From assembly GCA_964516425.1 (NCBI GenBank), contig CAZFAM010000003.1:11215-75214 (forward strand): DNA of 64,000 nt. Direction: 5' to 3'. Below, one piece after another: positions 9,717 through 19,734 of the stretch. Each line of letters begins with the position of its first letter. The stretch's first letter is position 1. Both the position numbers and the translations under genes were made by a program. The notes beneath the pieces are model-generated. The model was not told where the DNA came from. It did no database searches and saw only the letters and a list, made by a program, of their open reading frames with translations. The stretch is from an uncultured Bacteroidales bacterium (lineage in GTDB: Bacteria; Bacillota_I; Bacilli_A; ML615J-28; CAG-698).

Positions 9717-10949
9717 TTAACGGTTATTTTCTTTTTTTAATCTTACAACATCACGTGCAATTGCAAGTTCTTCATTTGTTGGAATAACAAATACTTTAAC
9801 TTTTGAATTTGGAGTAGAAAGTTCAAGTTCTTTTTTACGAATGTTTATTAATTCTTCATTATATTCAATTCCTAAAACTGATAAACGATCTAAAACTCTT
9901 TTTCTAAATGTTCCGTTATTCTCTCCTATACCAGCAGTAAAGACAATAGCATCAACACCACCCATATAAACATAATAACTACCTATATAATCACAAATTC
10001 TTTTTGCTTGTAAATCAAGAATTAATTGAGCTCTTTCATTACCAGCTTTTGCAGCATCTTCAACATTACGTGAATCACTATCAACTCCACTAAATCCTTT
10101 ATATCCTGATTCTTTATTAAATATTCTTAAAACATCATGGACATCATATGGTTTGACAGTTGGATCATTTTTACTTTCTTCTTCTTTAATTCCCATAATA
10201 TATTCAACAATTGTTGGATCAACTGTACCACATCTTGTTCCCATAGGAATACCTGCAAGAGGACCTAATCCCATTGAAGTATCTACACATTTACCACCTT
10301 TTACTGCTGAAATTGATGCTCCATTACCAATATGTAATGTAATAATCTTTAAGTCTTCAATTGGTTTATTCATTATTTCAGCACATCGACGAGAGACAAA
10401 TTGGTGACTTGTTCCATGAGCACCATATTTACGAACTTGATACTTTTCATACCATTCATATGGTAAAGCATAAGTATAAGCATCAGGTTCCATAGTCATA
10501 TGAAAAGCTGTATCCACAACAACAATTTGAAATACATTTGGTAATGCTTTTTCGAAAGCCTCAATTCCTGTTAAATGTGCAGGATTATGTAGAGGAGCAA
10601 GTGGAATACAATCTTTAATTGTTTTCTTAACTTCTTCTGTTATAACAGTACTTTGAGTAATATTTACACCACCTGATACAACACGATGTCCAACTCCTTC
10701 TATTTCATCATAACTATTAATAATTTTTCTAGCTAATAAGTCATTTAACATCAATTCAACTGCTTGTGAATGATCTTTACAAACTTGTTTAGTTTTAAAT
10801 TCATCTTCACCGACTTTAATCGTATAAGTGCCTTCATTTCCTGTTCCAATTTCTTCAACTACTCCACTTGTTAATAATTTTTCTGCAGGCATTTCAAGTA
10901 ATTGAAATTTCAAAGATGAACTTCCCGCATTTACTGACATAATTTTCAT
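9717..10949 (-). CDS. ackA: acetate kinase
   Basis: MKIMSVNAGSSSLKF N-terminus. HRVVSGG, GAHGTSH and FTAGIGEN motifs. Confidence 0.95.
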   Translation of the reverse strand: MKIMSVNAGSSSLKFQLLEMPAEKLLTSGVVEEIGTGNEGTYTIKVGEDEFKTKQVCKDHSQAVELMLNDLLARKIINSYDEIEGVGHRVVSGGVNITQSTVITEEVKKTIKDCIPLAPLHNPAHLTGIEAFEKALPNVFQIVVVDTAFHMTMEPDAYTYALPYEWYEKYQVRKYGAHGTSHQFVSRRCAEIMNKPIEDLKIITLHIGNGASISAVKGGKCVDTSMGLGPLAGIPMGTRCGTVDPTIVEYIMGIKEEESKNDPTVKPYDVHDVLRIFNKESGYKGFSGVDSDSRNVEDAAKAGNERAQLILDLQAKRICDYIGSYYVYMGGVDAIVFTAGIGENNGTFRKRVLDRLSVLGIEYNEELINIRKKELELSTPNSKVKVFVIPTNEELAIARDVVRLKKENNR

Positions 10950-11869
10950 AATACCTTCTCCTTTACTCTTTTAATCCATTGATTAATATTTTGAATACTT
11001 TTATTAAACAATTCTTTATTTTCTAGTGATGGCATTTGCATAACCATCATTTCAAAACCTTTTAAATATCTAGGTGATCCAATTAATATGCTTTTACCAA
11101 TATGATTATTTTGAAATAAGTCTGGTGGTAAAACAATTAATCCTAATAACGTCCCTTTAAAATCTTTTTTAAATTGTTCTATTCCTTGATTATTAAAAAA
11201 ATCATTTTCAATCAAATATATAAACAAACCTTTTTCTTTAATATTTTGTAAGTAATGATTAATAATCGCATATGGTAAATATTGTTCATTGTTGTTTGTA
11301 TCTAAATCACCAATCACAACATCAACAACATCCATAATAGGATTTAAAACATCTTGATAATATAAAGAAATTTCATTATTTTGTAGTTCTGAATTAACAT
11401 TCGATAATGCAATTAGTTTTTCATTATTATCAATTCCAATTAAATTAACGTCCATTTCAATAAAATTACTAATAGCATTAATTAAGTTTCCTGTTCCTAC
11501 TTCTACATCCATTATAGTTTGTGAATAACTAGTATTATCAAGAAAGGAATTAATTAAAAATCCAAATAAATAACAAATATAATCAGGTGTCATTAAATCA
11601 AGAGACATATTTATATGTTTCATAGCCTTTACAATTAATAATTCCATTGCTTGTCTAACTTCTTCATTTAATAAATTCAATTGATTAATTTGGTTATAAT
11701 ACTTTTCTAATACCTTAACATCTTCGTCATCAATTTTTGATACATCTATTTCATTTAATAAATCATTCCCAACTCTAACTAAAGCATCAAAATAGTTAAT
11801 TTTAATTTTTGAATGTAAATACATACATGCATTATCAACTATATCATAAAATTTATCAACATTATTCAT
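10946..11869 (-). CDS. class I SAM-dependent methyltransferase, YtxK-like (N6-adenine methyltransferase fold)
   Basis: SAM motif MDVEVGTGNL. ATGA overlap with ackA, reproducing the ytxK-ackA adjacency known from Bacillus. Confidence 0.7.
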   Translation of the reverse strand: MNNVDKFYDIVDNACMYLHSKIKINYFDALVRVGNDLLNEIDVSKIDDEDVKVLEKYYNQINQLNLLNEEVRQAMELLIVKAMKHINMSLDLMTPDYICYLFGFLINSFLDNTSYSQTIMDVEVGTGNLINAISNFIEMDVNLIGIDNNEKLIALSNVNSELQNNEISLYYQDVLNPIMDVVDVVIGDLDTNNNEQYLPYAIINHYLQNIKEKGLFIYLIENDFFNNQGIEQFKKDFKGTLLGLIVLPPDLFQNNHIGKSILIGSPRYLKGFEMMVMQMPSLENKELFNKSIQNINQWIKRVKEKVL

Positions 11870-11942
11870 TTAATCACCATAACTATCTAATTATAACACA
11901 TTATTAGATTTTTTGAAAGGTGAAATTTTATTTTTATTAAAA

Positions 11943-11997
11943 TTAAAAAACTTTAATCAATATCATAGCTAATTAATCTATCATATCAATTAAAGTT
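11943..11997 (-). terminator. long imperfect hairpin terminator after ytfJ
   Basis: 20-nt arms matching at 17 of 20 positions, followed by UUUUUU on the minus strand. Confidence 0.6.
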
Positions 11998-12008
11998 TGA
12001 ATTTCAAT

Positions 12009-12431
12009 TTAATTAATTTTAATGTTTTTTTCCTTTATTATTTCATTATCCTCTACATTATTAGTAAAGATTTCTTTAATTTTATCCGCAAACGAAGGAA
12101 TAGAATCAATCATTTTTTCAATAATATGGATATTATCTTCTAAATGCAATACTTCAACTTTGTCTTTATGTACAACTAAAAATGCAATTGGAATAATATT
12201 TAAATTTCCACCTGTTGCTCCTCCAAAAGGTAATTTATTATAACTATCATTTCTTTCTTTTTTTTGCATTTCTGTTCCACCAGCTGCAAAAGTACATTTC
12301 ACTTTAGAAATAGGTATGATAACAATACCATTATCTAGTACAATAGTATCTCCCACAATTGTCTTAATATTAGCTAATTCCTTTAAAGAAGAGTTTGCTA
12401 AACGCAATAAATCACAAATAGGACTTTCCAT
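12009..12431 (-). CDS. ytfJ: sporulation protein YtfJ/GerW family
   Basis: IIPISKVKCTFAAGGTE ... FGGATGGNLNIIPIAFLVV matches the YtfJ_HI0045 pattern. It is paired with a ytfI-like gene upstream. Confidence 0.8.
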   Translation of the reverse strand: MESPICDLLRLANSSLKELANIKTIVGDTIVLDNGIVIIPISKVKCTFAAGGTEMQKKERNDSYNKLPFGGATGGNLNIIPIAFLVVHKDKVEVLHLEDNIHIIEKMIDSIPSFADKIKEIFTNNVEDNEIIKEKNIKIN

Positions 12432-12969
12432 TTTTCTTTTGTCTCCTTTTAATTTTTATAAATTTTATCACTTCTTTATAATCTTTAATTACCACAACAA
12501 ATAATTTAATTAAACGAACTTCCATTACTATTTCAAAGCTCATTTCTCTTTTAGTATTGGCAATCATATAATATTCATTTTTTACACTTTGAAAATTACT
12601 ATTAATAATATTTGAATAAATTGAAGCAACATTCCAAAAACTCATGAATGTCCATATATTTTCATAATTTTCTTTTAAAATAATTGTTGACTTGTTAATT
12701 CTTGATTTGTTTATAATATCAAGTAAAAGTTTTTTTGTTTTAATTGTCACTTCAATATTATTAACAATTGTTTTAAAATCAATACGATTACGATTACTTT
12801 TTTCAGTAATAAAATACTTAATAAATTCATCTAAATCTAGTCGATAATTAAATAAGCGATAAAAATATATATCTACATCACTTCGATTATCATCATATAT
12901 GAATCTTATGCCTATAGGCATTAATAAAATAAATATTAATATAAATAAAATAACAAATATCATATACAT
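12412..12969 (-). CDS. ytfI: YtfI-like (DUF2953) sporulation-associated membrane protein
   Basis: N-terminal TM helix, about 185 aa, overlaps the start of ytfJ by 20 nt. The assignment rests mainly on the conserved ytfI-ytfJ pairing. Confidence 0.55.
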   Translation of the reverse strand: MYMIFVILFILIFILLMPIGIRFIYDDNRSDVDIYFYRLFNYRLDLDEFIKYFITEKSNRNRIDFKTIVNNIEVTIKTKKLLLDIINKSRINKSTIILKENYENIWTFMSFWNVASIYSNIINSNFQSVKNEYYMIANTKREMSFEIVMEVRLIKLFVVVIKDYKEVIKFIKIKRRQKKNGKSYL

Positions 12970-13034
12970 ATAGTATTAGCTAAATTAATTGCGTTTATAC
13001 AAAAAATAATGTATAATAAAAAAAAGAGGATAAT

Positions 13035-13301
13035 ATGAATAAACTAATCATAAAATTAATAATATTCTATCAAAAAAAAATAAGTAAAAACACTCCACCA
13101 CGTTGTCGTTACATGCCTACATGTTCGCAATATAGTTTAGAGTGTTTTCAAAAATTTTCCTTTTTTAAGGCTCTTTTTTTAACAATTTTTAGAATACTAC
13201 GATGTAACCCCTTATCAAAAGGAGGTTACGATCCAGTACCATTAACAAAATATGAGAAGAATTTAAAACAATTTCTTAATTTTATCGATAGGCCATCTTA
13301 A
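13035..13301 (+). CDS. yidD: membrane protein insertion efficiency factor YidD
   Basis: CRYMPTCSQYSLECF ... LRCNPLSKGGYDPVP signature. Confidence 0.9.
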   Translation: MNKLIIKLIIFYQKKISKNTPPRCRYMPTCSQYSLECFQKFSFFKALFLTIFRILRCNPLSKGGYDPVPLTKYEKNLKQFLNFIDRPS

Positions 13302-14513
13302 AATATTTAAGAAAATTAGGCCTATCTTTTTTAATATTAATAATACTTTTTCAAAGAAACTCAAATTTTCTTTAACAACTTCTTCTACAACATGAATATT
13401 AAATTCATAATCTTCAACTTGATTATTTCCATAATCAACACGTAATACGTAATCATATATTCCTGGAGTTGAATTATCAGAATATGTATCTGTCAAAGTG
13501 TATACCTGATAATTATCATTTTTTATTTTATCACTTTGATTTAATAACCCCAATAAATCCTTATTATTTAGTTTATTTTTTGTTGTTGTATAAACACTTA
13601 TTTTATCTTTATTAATTGAAAATACAGGTGCTTTTGTATCTATAACATTAACTTGAAAAACTAACTCGCCCACATTTCCACTTGAATCAGTAGCTTGAAT
13701 TACGACATCATACAAACCTAATTTTGTTTTATTTGGTGTATAATCATCGCTAACAATTGTATATGTTAAATTAGAATCATAATTATCAATAACATGAATA
13801 TTAAATGAATCTAGAATTTGTTCTATAGTAATTTTACTATCATATGATGGAGTAGCAATAGGATCATCAACTTCTATTACTGGTTCAGTATAATCATGTA
13901 ATACAATTACAACATTTTTTTCAACATAATTACCACTACTATCACTAGCTCTAACAACAATTATTTGTTCTTTTTCAATGACACTTTCTAAATTTTTAAC
14001 GCTTCCAGATACTATTTTAATACTAACATTACTACCATCAAAATCATCTTTAGCTTTGACATTTTTAATTATTTCCTCATCTGTTAAATCATAATCTTCA
14101 ATATCCAAATCATAGCGGTAAATACCAGAATCTAAAAAATACGGTTCTACTGTATCAACAACATGAATATACATTGTCATTGTAGCAGAATTGTTAGAAC
14201 TATCTTTAACTTTAAAAATAACTTTGTATGTTCCTAATTGACGATCGCTTATCGTTTCCTTATTTATAACATTTTCTTGATAATTATTAGTATCTTCAAA
14301 AGTTATTTTATTTGTAATATCACCATCATATTCATCTTTAGCGGTTAAACCAACATCCGTAATAATTTCCTCAATTGATTTGGAATTATTGATGTCTTGT
14401 TGATACGTACATTTATAATCATTAGGTATTTCTTCTACTTTTGCATACAATTTAGTATTAGAAAAGAATATTATACCTGCACAAAAAATAATAAATAATG
14501 TGAATTTTTTCAT
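13263..14513 (-). CDS. secreted, C-terminally membrane-anchored protein with about four Ig-like (DUF5011/HYR-type) repeats
   Basis: Start moved to MKKFTLFIIF (AGGAG RBS 8 nt upstream). Repeated pattern D.YDG.I/V...I plus DSSGN. Hydrophobic C-terminal helix. Confidence 0.65.
   Translation of the reverse strand: MKKFTLFIIFCAGIIFFSNTKLYAKVEEIPNDYKCTYQQDINNSKSIEEIITDVGLTAKDEYDGDITNKITFEDTNNYQENVINKETISDRQLGTYKVIFKVKDSSNNSATMTMYIHVVDTVEPYFLDSGIYRYDLDIEDYDLTDEEIIKNVKAKDDFDGSNVSIKIVSGSVKNLESVIEKEQIIVVRASDSSGNYVEKNVVIVLHDYTEPVIEVDDPIATPSYDSKITIEQILDSFNIHVIDNYDSNLTYTIVSDDYTPNKTKLGLYDVVIQATDSSGNVGELVFQVNVIDTKAPVFSINKDKISVYTTTKNKLNNKDLLGLLNQSDKIKNDNYQVYTLTDTYSDNSTPGIYDYVLRVDYGNNQVEDYEFNIHVVEEVVKENLSFFEKVLLILKKIGLIFLNILRWPIDKIKKLF
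13287..13332 (+). terminator. intrinsic terminator of yidD, embedded in the 3' coding end of the convergent gene
   Basis: GATAGGCC ... GGCCTATC stem followed by TTTTTT. Confidence 0.65.
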
Positions 14514-14597
14514 TTTTCTTACTCCTTCCAATAATATATTTACCTTGTACTAAAAAAAATACTTTTTTTAAAATGAAAAATTCTTTTTTTTATAATT

Positions 14598-15632
14598 TTA
14601 TAAACAACTAATAATTTTTTCTAATAAAATTTTATTATTTTCTAAATATTCAACTTCTTTAATTAATACTTGTGCACGACGCAAATTATGTTCTTGATCA
14701 TTAACCTTAAAATAAATATTTCCTTCTAAATAGTCAGTTAAAAATCGCATTCCACATTCTAAAGCCATTATAATAATTGACGTTACCAATAAATCTTTTT
14801 CATATTGTGAAAGATTAATAAATTCTTCTAAATAACCTTTTGAAAAAGCAATAAATTTTTCAATATTCATTTTAACATTCATATCATCTTCTTCATTTTC
14901 AAACATTATAAAACGTAAAGCATCACCATAATCATATAAAACAGTACCTACCATTACAGTATCTAAATCAATCATACAAACTTCATTATTTTTATTTATA
15001 ATCATATTATTAGGTTTAGGGTCATTATGAATTATTTGACTATTAATTTGCTTTGCATTAATAGCTTCAATTAAAATATTTAAATATTTTTTTCGTTTCA
15101 TAAAAAATTTTATTTCCTTATAAACTTTTGATTTTAAATGGAATTCATCATTGAAGACAACTTTTTTAAAATCCTCATATCTTTTCAATGAATTATGAAA
15201 ATCAGGAATAACAGGATAAATTTTATCAACTGGAAAATTTGATAAAGATAAATCAAATTTACCTAAGCCTTTCCCCATTTTATATACTATATTAATACTA
15301 TTTTCATTAACTAATTCTGAATCAATAAACTGATAACAGCGATAATACTTTTTTTTATGTTTATAATATATTTTATTTGTTTTAGTTTTAATTATTTTTA
15401 ATCCATCATAGCAATTGTTATGACACTCATTTTCCATCCATTGAGTCACTAAATAAATATTTTTCATTAATTTAATAGGCTTTTTAAAAACTTTATGATT
15501 AATGGATTGAATAATATATTTTTTATCATTTGCCTCTACTAAAAAAGTATCATTTATATGTCCATTTCCATATGATTTTATACTGTGAATTTCACCAATT
15601 TTAAATTTTTCACAAATTTTATAATCTAACAT
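14598..15632 (-). CDS. aminoglycoside-phosphotransferase-fold kinase, N-acetylhexosamine 1-kinase (NahK/MdsC)-like
   Basis: Catalytic loop HNDPKPNNMII and MIDLDTVMVGTVLYDYGDALRF resemble the NahK family. Confidence 0.6.
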   Translation of the reverse strand: MLDYKICEKFKIGEIHSIKSYGNGHINDTFLVEANDKKYIIQSINHKVFKKPIKLMKNIYLVTQWMENECHNNCYDGLKIIKTKTNKIYYKHKKKYYRCYQFIDSELVNENSINIVYKMGKGLGKFDLSLSNFPVDKIYPVIPDFHNSLKRYEDFKKVVFNDEFHLKSKVYKEIKFFMKRKKYLNILIEAINAKQINSQIIHNDPKPNNMIINKNNEVCMIDLDTVMVGTVLYDYGDALRFIMFENEEDDMNVKMNIEKFIAFSKGYLEEFINLSQYEKDLLVTSIIIMALECGMRFLTDYLEGNIYFKVNDQEHNLRRAQVLIKEVEYLENNKILLEKIISCL

Positions 15633-15742
15633 TTATATCACCATTATAATATATGATTAAAAAATAGAAATGGTTTATAAATTAATTCCACAATTGACAT
15701 TTATATTTATTAGTGCTAAAATCTAATTTAGTGAGGTATTTT

Positions 15743-16966
15743 ATGAAAAGTTTTGCAAGATTTTTAAATTATGTGAAAATTAATACAATGTCCAACCCTA
15801 CTTCTACAACTCACCCAAGTTCTAGTATTCAAATGAATTTAGGAAAAATTTTAGTCGATGAACTATTAGACTTAGGTGTTGATAATGCATTTATGGATAA
15901 GTATGGATACGTTTACGCCTTTATTCCCAGTAATTCCAAAAAACAAATTAAGACTATAGGCTTTATTGCTCATATGGACACATCACCTGATTTATCTGGT
16001 GAAAATGTAAATCCAAAGCTAATATTTAATTATGATGGTAATGATATCACACTGAATGAAGAACTAAATATTGTTATGAAAGTTGATGAATTTCCATTTT
16101 TAAAAGAAAGAATAAATGAAACATTAATTGTTACTGATGGAACAACTTTGCTGGGTGCTGATGATAAAGCTGGTATTGCGGAAATTATGACAATGGTGGA
16201 ATATTTCAAAGAACATCAAGAAATAGAACACGGTGATATTCGCATTTGCTTTACTCCTGATGAAGAAATAGGTGAAGGAACATGTAATTTTGATTTTAAT
16301 AATTTCAAAGTAGATTTTGCATATACGGTTGATGGAGGTAAAGAAGGATCTATTGATTATGAAAACTTTAATGCTGCGAGTGCCGACGTGAAAATCAGTG
16401 GTATTAATATACATCCTGGAAGTGGTAAAAACCATATGGTTAATAGCATTTTAATTGCGATGGAATTTAATAGTCTTCTTCCATCTTTTAACATCCCTCA
16501 ATATACTGAAAAATATGAAGGTTTTAATCATCTTAATGATATCGAAGGAAATGTGGAAGAAACAAATATGCACTACATAATTAGAAATCATGATTTAAAA
16601 CAATTTAATAATCAAAAACAAAGTTTTATAGATATTAAAGATTTTTTAAATAAAAAATATCCATCTAATCCTGTAACTGTTACTATCAAAGATAGTTACT
16701 ATAATATGTATGAATATTTAAAAGACCATTTAGACATTATTGAACTTGCTAAAAAAGCATCGCTTATGGAAAACATTACACCGACTACAACGCCTATAAG
16801 AGGTGGAACAGATGGAGCAATGCTTACATATAAAGGTATTTTATGTCCAAATTTAGGTACTGGTGGTTATAATTGTCATGGGCGTTATGAATGTATAACA
16901 ACTGAAGCAATGGACAGATGTTGTCAAATATTAATTAATATTGTAAAATTATTAGCCCAAAATTAA
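15743..16966 (+). CDS. pepT: peptidase T (tripeptide aminopeptidase, M20B)
   Basis: Start set at MKSFARFLNYVKINT (GTGAGGT RBS). Motifs HMDTSPD, LGADDKAGIAEIM, TPDEEIG and GGTDGA. Confidence 0.9.
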   Translation: MKSFARFLNYVKINTMSNPTSTTHPSSSIQMNLGKILVDELLDLGVDNAFMDKYGYVYAFIPSNSKKQIKTIGFIAHMDTSPDLSGENVNPKLIFNYDGNDITLNEELNIVMKVDEFPFLKERINETLIVTDGTTLLGADDKAGIAEIMTMVEYFKEHQEIEHGDIRICFTPDEEIGEGTCNFDFNNFKVDFAYTVDGGKEGSIDYENFNAASADVKISGINIHPGSGKNHMVNSILIAMEFNSLLPSFNIPQYTEKYEGFNHLNDIEGNVEETNMHYIIRNHDLKQFNNQKQSFIDIKDFLNKKYPSNPVTVTIKDSYYNMYEYLKDHLDIIELAKKASLMENITPTTTPIRGGTDGAMLTYKGILCPNLGTGGYNCHGRYECITTEAMDRCCQILINIVKLLAQN

Positions 16967-16969
16967 AAT

Positions 16970-16999
16970 AAGGTGATACCCAAAAAGTATCACCTTTTA
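16970..16999. terminator. bidirectional terminator between convergent pepT and the membrane-protein gene
   Basis: AAGGTGATAC-loop-GTATCACCTT, flanked by A-runs and T-runs. Confidence 0.75.
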
Positions 17000-17002
17000 T
17001 CA

Positions 17003-18091
17003 TTAAACACCTTGGTCAGGAGTTAAATTAATTTTATAAAATGCTAACAAAGTCATAATTGAAAATCCGATTCCATAGATTAATAATGAATTTGGTATAA
17101 ACCATCCACAAACAAAAGTAATTAAAGTAGGAAGTATGCTTGCAATACCGGCAACATTATAGTACTCTTTGTATGTTTTCATAGTACCACGTTTACGCAT
17201 ACACCAGAATAATAACAGACAATAAAGTGCAGGAAAAATAATAGCATAAACTACTGCATTTAATAAATAACTAGATTTTTCAGTTTCTTTTAAGGCTTTA
17301 AATAAACTATCACATAAAGCATTACCAAATTCATTTAAAGTATTAACGTTTGTGAAATCAAGATCATTACAATTTGCATAATACGCAGTTAAAGCTGGAT
17401 AAGTCACATCACTTTCTTCTGTTTCTTTGTAAGGTATCTGTGTTATCATTTGATCTTTTAAAAAGATAATTAAATAATTATTATCTCCTACTGGTTTAAC
17501 TCCATATAAATCAAAATTATTTTTTGATTGATAAACTTCTTCAATAACTTCATCAGTTAAACCATTATAGTAAGTAAATCGTTCTGTATACCAACTGTCA
17601 GATACTTTACCAGCCTCATTTAACTCATCTATATAAACTAAATAAGAAATTGATTTACTATAATCAGCATCAGGAAATTGCTCAGTAAATTTTTTTTGAA
17701 TTGCATTTGTTTTATCAACAATTGAACTCGTAATATCAAATACAATATGTAAATTAATATTTTTTTCTTCACCTTTTACTTTAGCATCACTATTATATGA
17801 AAATATTTTAACCTCTTTCCCATCATTATTAGCAGTCATAACACTTTCTTTAACTTGGTATTTAGCATTAATAATTTCATCGGAAATAGCTATTTCATCT
17901 AAATAATGAAAATGACTAACGTATGAATTTTCATCAATGAACTTATCCATATTGTTATTAATGTATACATTGTGTGGTATTGTAATTAAGTAAATACTTA
18001 AAACAAATATTAACATTGGCACAAATACAGTTGTGTATCTAAACTTCCTCATTTTGGATGGAATAAAAATTGCTTGTAAAAATTGTTTCAT
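17003..18091 (-). CDS. membrane protein, possibly DUF1189 (MalA-like) with a large extracytoplasmic insertion
   Basis: The N-terminus MKQFLQAIFIPSKMRKFRY plus one TM helix resembles DUF1189. A soluble segment of about 230 aa and C-terminal TM helices follow. Family assignment is tentative. Confidence 0.55.
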   Translation of the reverse strand: MKQFLQAIFIPSKMRKFRYTTVFVPMLIFVLSIYLITIPHNVYINNNMDKFIDENSYVSHFHYLDEIAISDEIINAKYQVKESVMTANNDGKEVKIFSYNSDAKVKGEEKNINLHIVFDITSSIVDKTNAIQKKFTEQFPDADYSKSISYLVYIDELNEAGKVSDSWYTERFTYYNGLTDEVIEEVYQSKNNFDLYGVKPVGDNNYLIIFLKDQMITQIPYKETEESDVTYPALTAYYANCNDLDFTNVNTLNEFGNALCDSLFKALKETEKSSYLLNAVVYAIIFPALYCLLLFWCMRKRGTMKTYKEYYNVAGIASILPTLITFVCGWFIPNSLLIYGIGFSIMTLLAFYKINLTPDQGV

Positions 18092-18101
18092 ATAAACTCC
18101 T

Positions 18102-19616
18102 CTATTTATTAATATTATATATTTTTGAATATTTATTAATTAAATAATCAATATAATGCTGAGAATCAAATTGACCTTCTAAAGCATCTTCTAAAATAAC
18201 TTTCGCATATTTTGAAGAACCATATTTATGAATATGTTCTTTTAACCAATTATTTATTACAATCGTATTACCTGATTTTAAAGAATCAAATACATTAAAC
18301 TCTTGATTCATCTTATAAAATAATTGACTAGCAATAGCACTTCCCAAAGCGTAAGTTGGAAAATATCCTATAGACCCACCTGCCCAATGGCTATCTTGTA
18401 AAACTCCATATTTTGGAGATGGAACATCTAGCCCTAAATATTGTTTAAACTTTTTATTCCATGCTTCTTCAATATTATCAACTTCTAAAGTCCCATCAAT
18501 TAATTCTTTTTCTAATTCATAACGCACCATTATATGAAGCGGATAAGTTAATTCATCAGCTTCTGTTCTTATAAACGATGCTTCCACATTATTAATAAAA
18601 CGATAGAAATCATTAACGTTAACAGATGTTAATTGTTCAGGAAACAAACTTTGTAGATATGAATAATGTTCTTGCCAAAACTCATAGCTTCGCCCTACAA
18701 TATTTTCGTAAAAACGCGATTGCGATTCATGCATAGCCATTGAAACACCACCTCCAATGAATGTTTCATCATATTTTGCATCTATATTTTGTTCGTATGT
18801 GGCATGCCCTAATTCGTGAATGGCACTAAAGATACTATAATCAAAATGATCAATATAAAAATGATTTGTAATACGCACATCTTTAGAAGATGTATTCCAT
18901 GTAAATGGATGCTCTGATTCAGCCATTGCACCTCTACTTAAATCAAAATTCATAACTTTAGCAATATATTGTTCCATCTTTTTTTGATTTTCAATACTAT
19001 AATCCTTGTTGGCAAAACTATAATTTTCTTTTTTTATTTTCAAAATTTCTTTCACGAAAGGAACTAATTTTTCTTTTAATGTGTTAAAAAATTCATCATA
19101 TTCAGCAGTAGTAAATCCTTTTTCATAATAATTTAACAAAACATCATATCCCTTTAAATTATCAGTTTGTAAATAAACAGCTTCTTTTCTTTTATAATCC
19201 ACTATCGCCTTCAATGATGGTAAAAAAATACTTAAATCATCTTTATTTTTTGCTTCTTCCCATTTTACTTCTGCTTCATTTAAAACTTTCTCAAATGCAA
19301 GCATTTCTTCCAGTGGTATCTTTTTTGTATTTTCAATATCTTCTTTAACTAATTCAATTTCATGATTAAATTCTTCATCTAGTTCATCTTTATGATTTGA
19401 AAAATATTCTACAAGATTAATAAATTCTTTACTCATGCGAAGGTTATAATTTTGTTCAGAGAAATACGACATATACTCTCCTCTTTCCACATAAGACTCA
19501 TACGGAGCCTTTGTTGCGGCATCCCAATAAACAATATTGGAAACATAATTTAACGCTTTTACTTTTTTTCTAATAGCAAAATATTGTTCTTTTTTTTCAA
19601 ATAATTCTTTATTCAT
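18102..19616 (-). CDS. carboxypeptidase M32 (Taq-type metallocarboxypeptidase)
   Basis: HELGHATYE zinc motif, HESQSRFYEN, IRTEADELTYPLH and GVLQDSHWAGG. Start moved to MNKELFE because a GAGG RBS lies inside the longer ORF. Confidence 0.9.
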   Translation of the reverse strand: MNKELFEKKEQYFAIRKKVKALNYVSNIVYWDAATKAPYESYVERGEYMSYFSEQNYNLRMSKEFINLVEYFSNHKDELDEEFNHEIELVKEDIENTKKIPLEEMLAFEKVLNEAEVKWEEAKNKDDLSIFLPSLKAIVDYKRKEAVYLQTDNLKGYDVLLNYYEKGFTTAEYDEFFNTLKEKLVPFVKEILKIKKENYSFANKDYSIENQKKMEQYIAKVMNFDLSRGAMAESEHPFTWNTSSKDVRITNHFYIDHFDYSIFSAIHELGHATYEQNIDAKYDETFIGGGVSMAMHESQSRFYENIVGRSYEFWQEHYSYLQSLFPEQLTSVNVNDFYRFINNVEASFIRTEADELTYPLHIMVRYELEKELIDGTLEVDNIEEAWNKKFKQYLGLDVPSPKYGVLQDSHWAGGSIGYFPTYALGSAIASQLFYKMNQEFNVFDSLKSGNTIVINNWLKEHIHKYGSSKYAKVILEDALEGQFDSQHYIDYLINKYSKIYNINK

Positions 19617-19734
19617 ATCTAACCTCATTCATAAAACATATTATACCATAAAATACTTAAAAATAGGCAAAAATTTTTACTTTTTTATAAAAATATGATA
19701 TAATAAATTATTATTATAAAAAAAGGAATTTATT

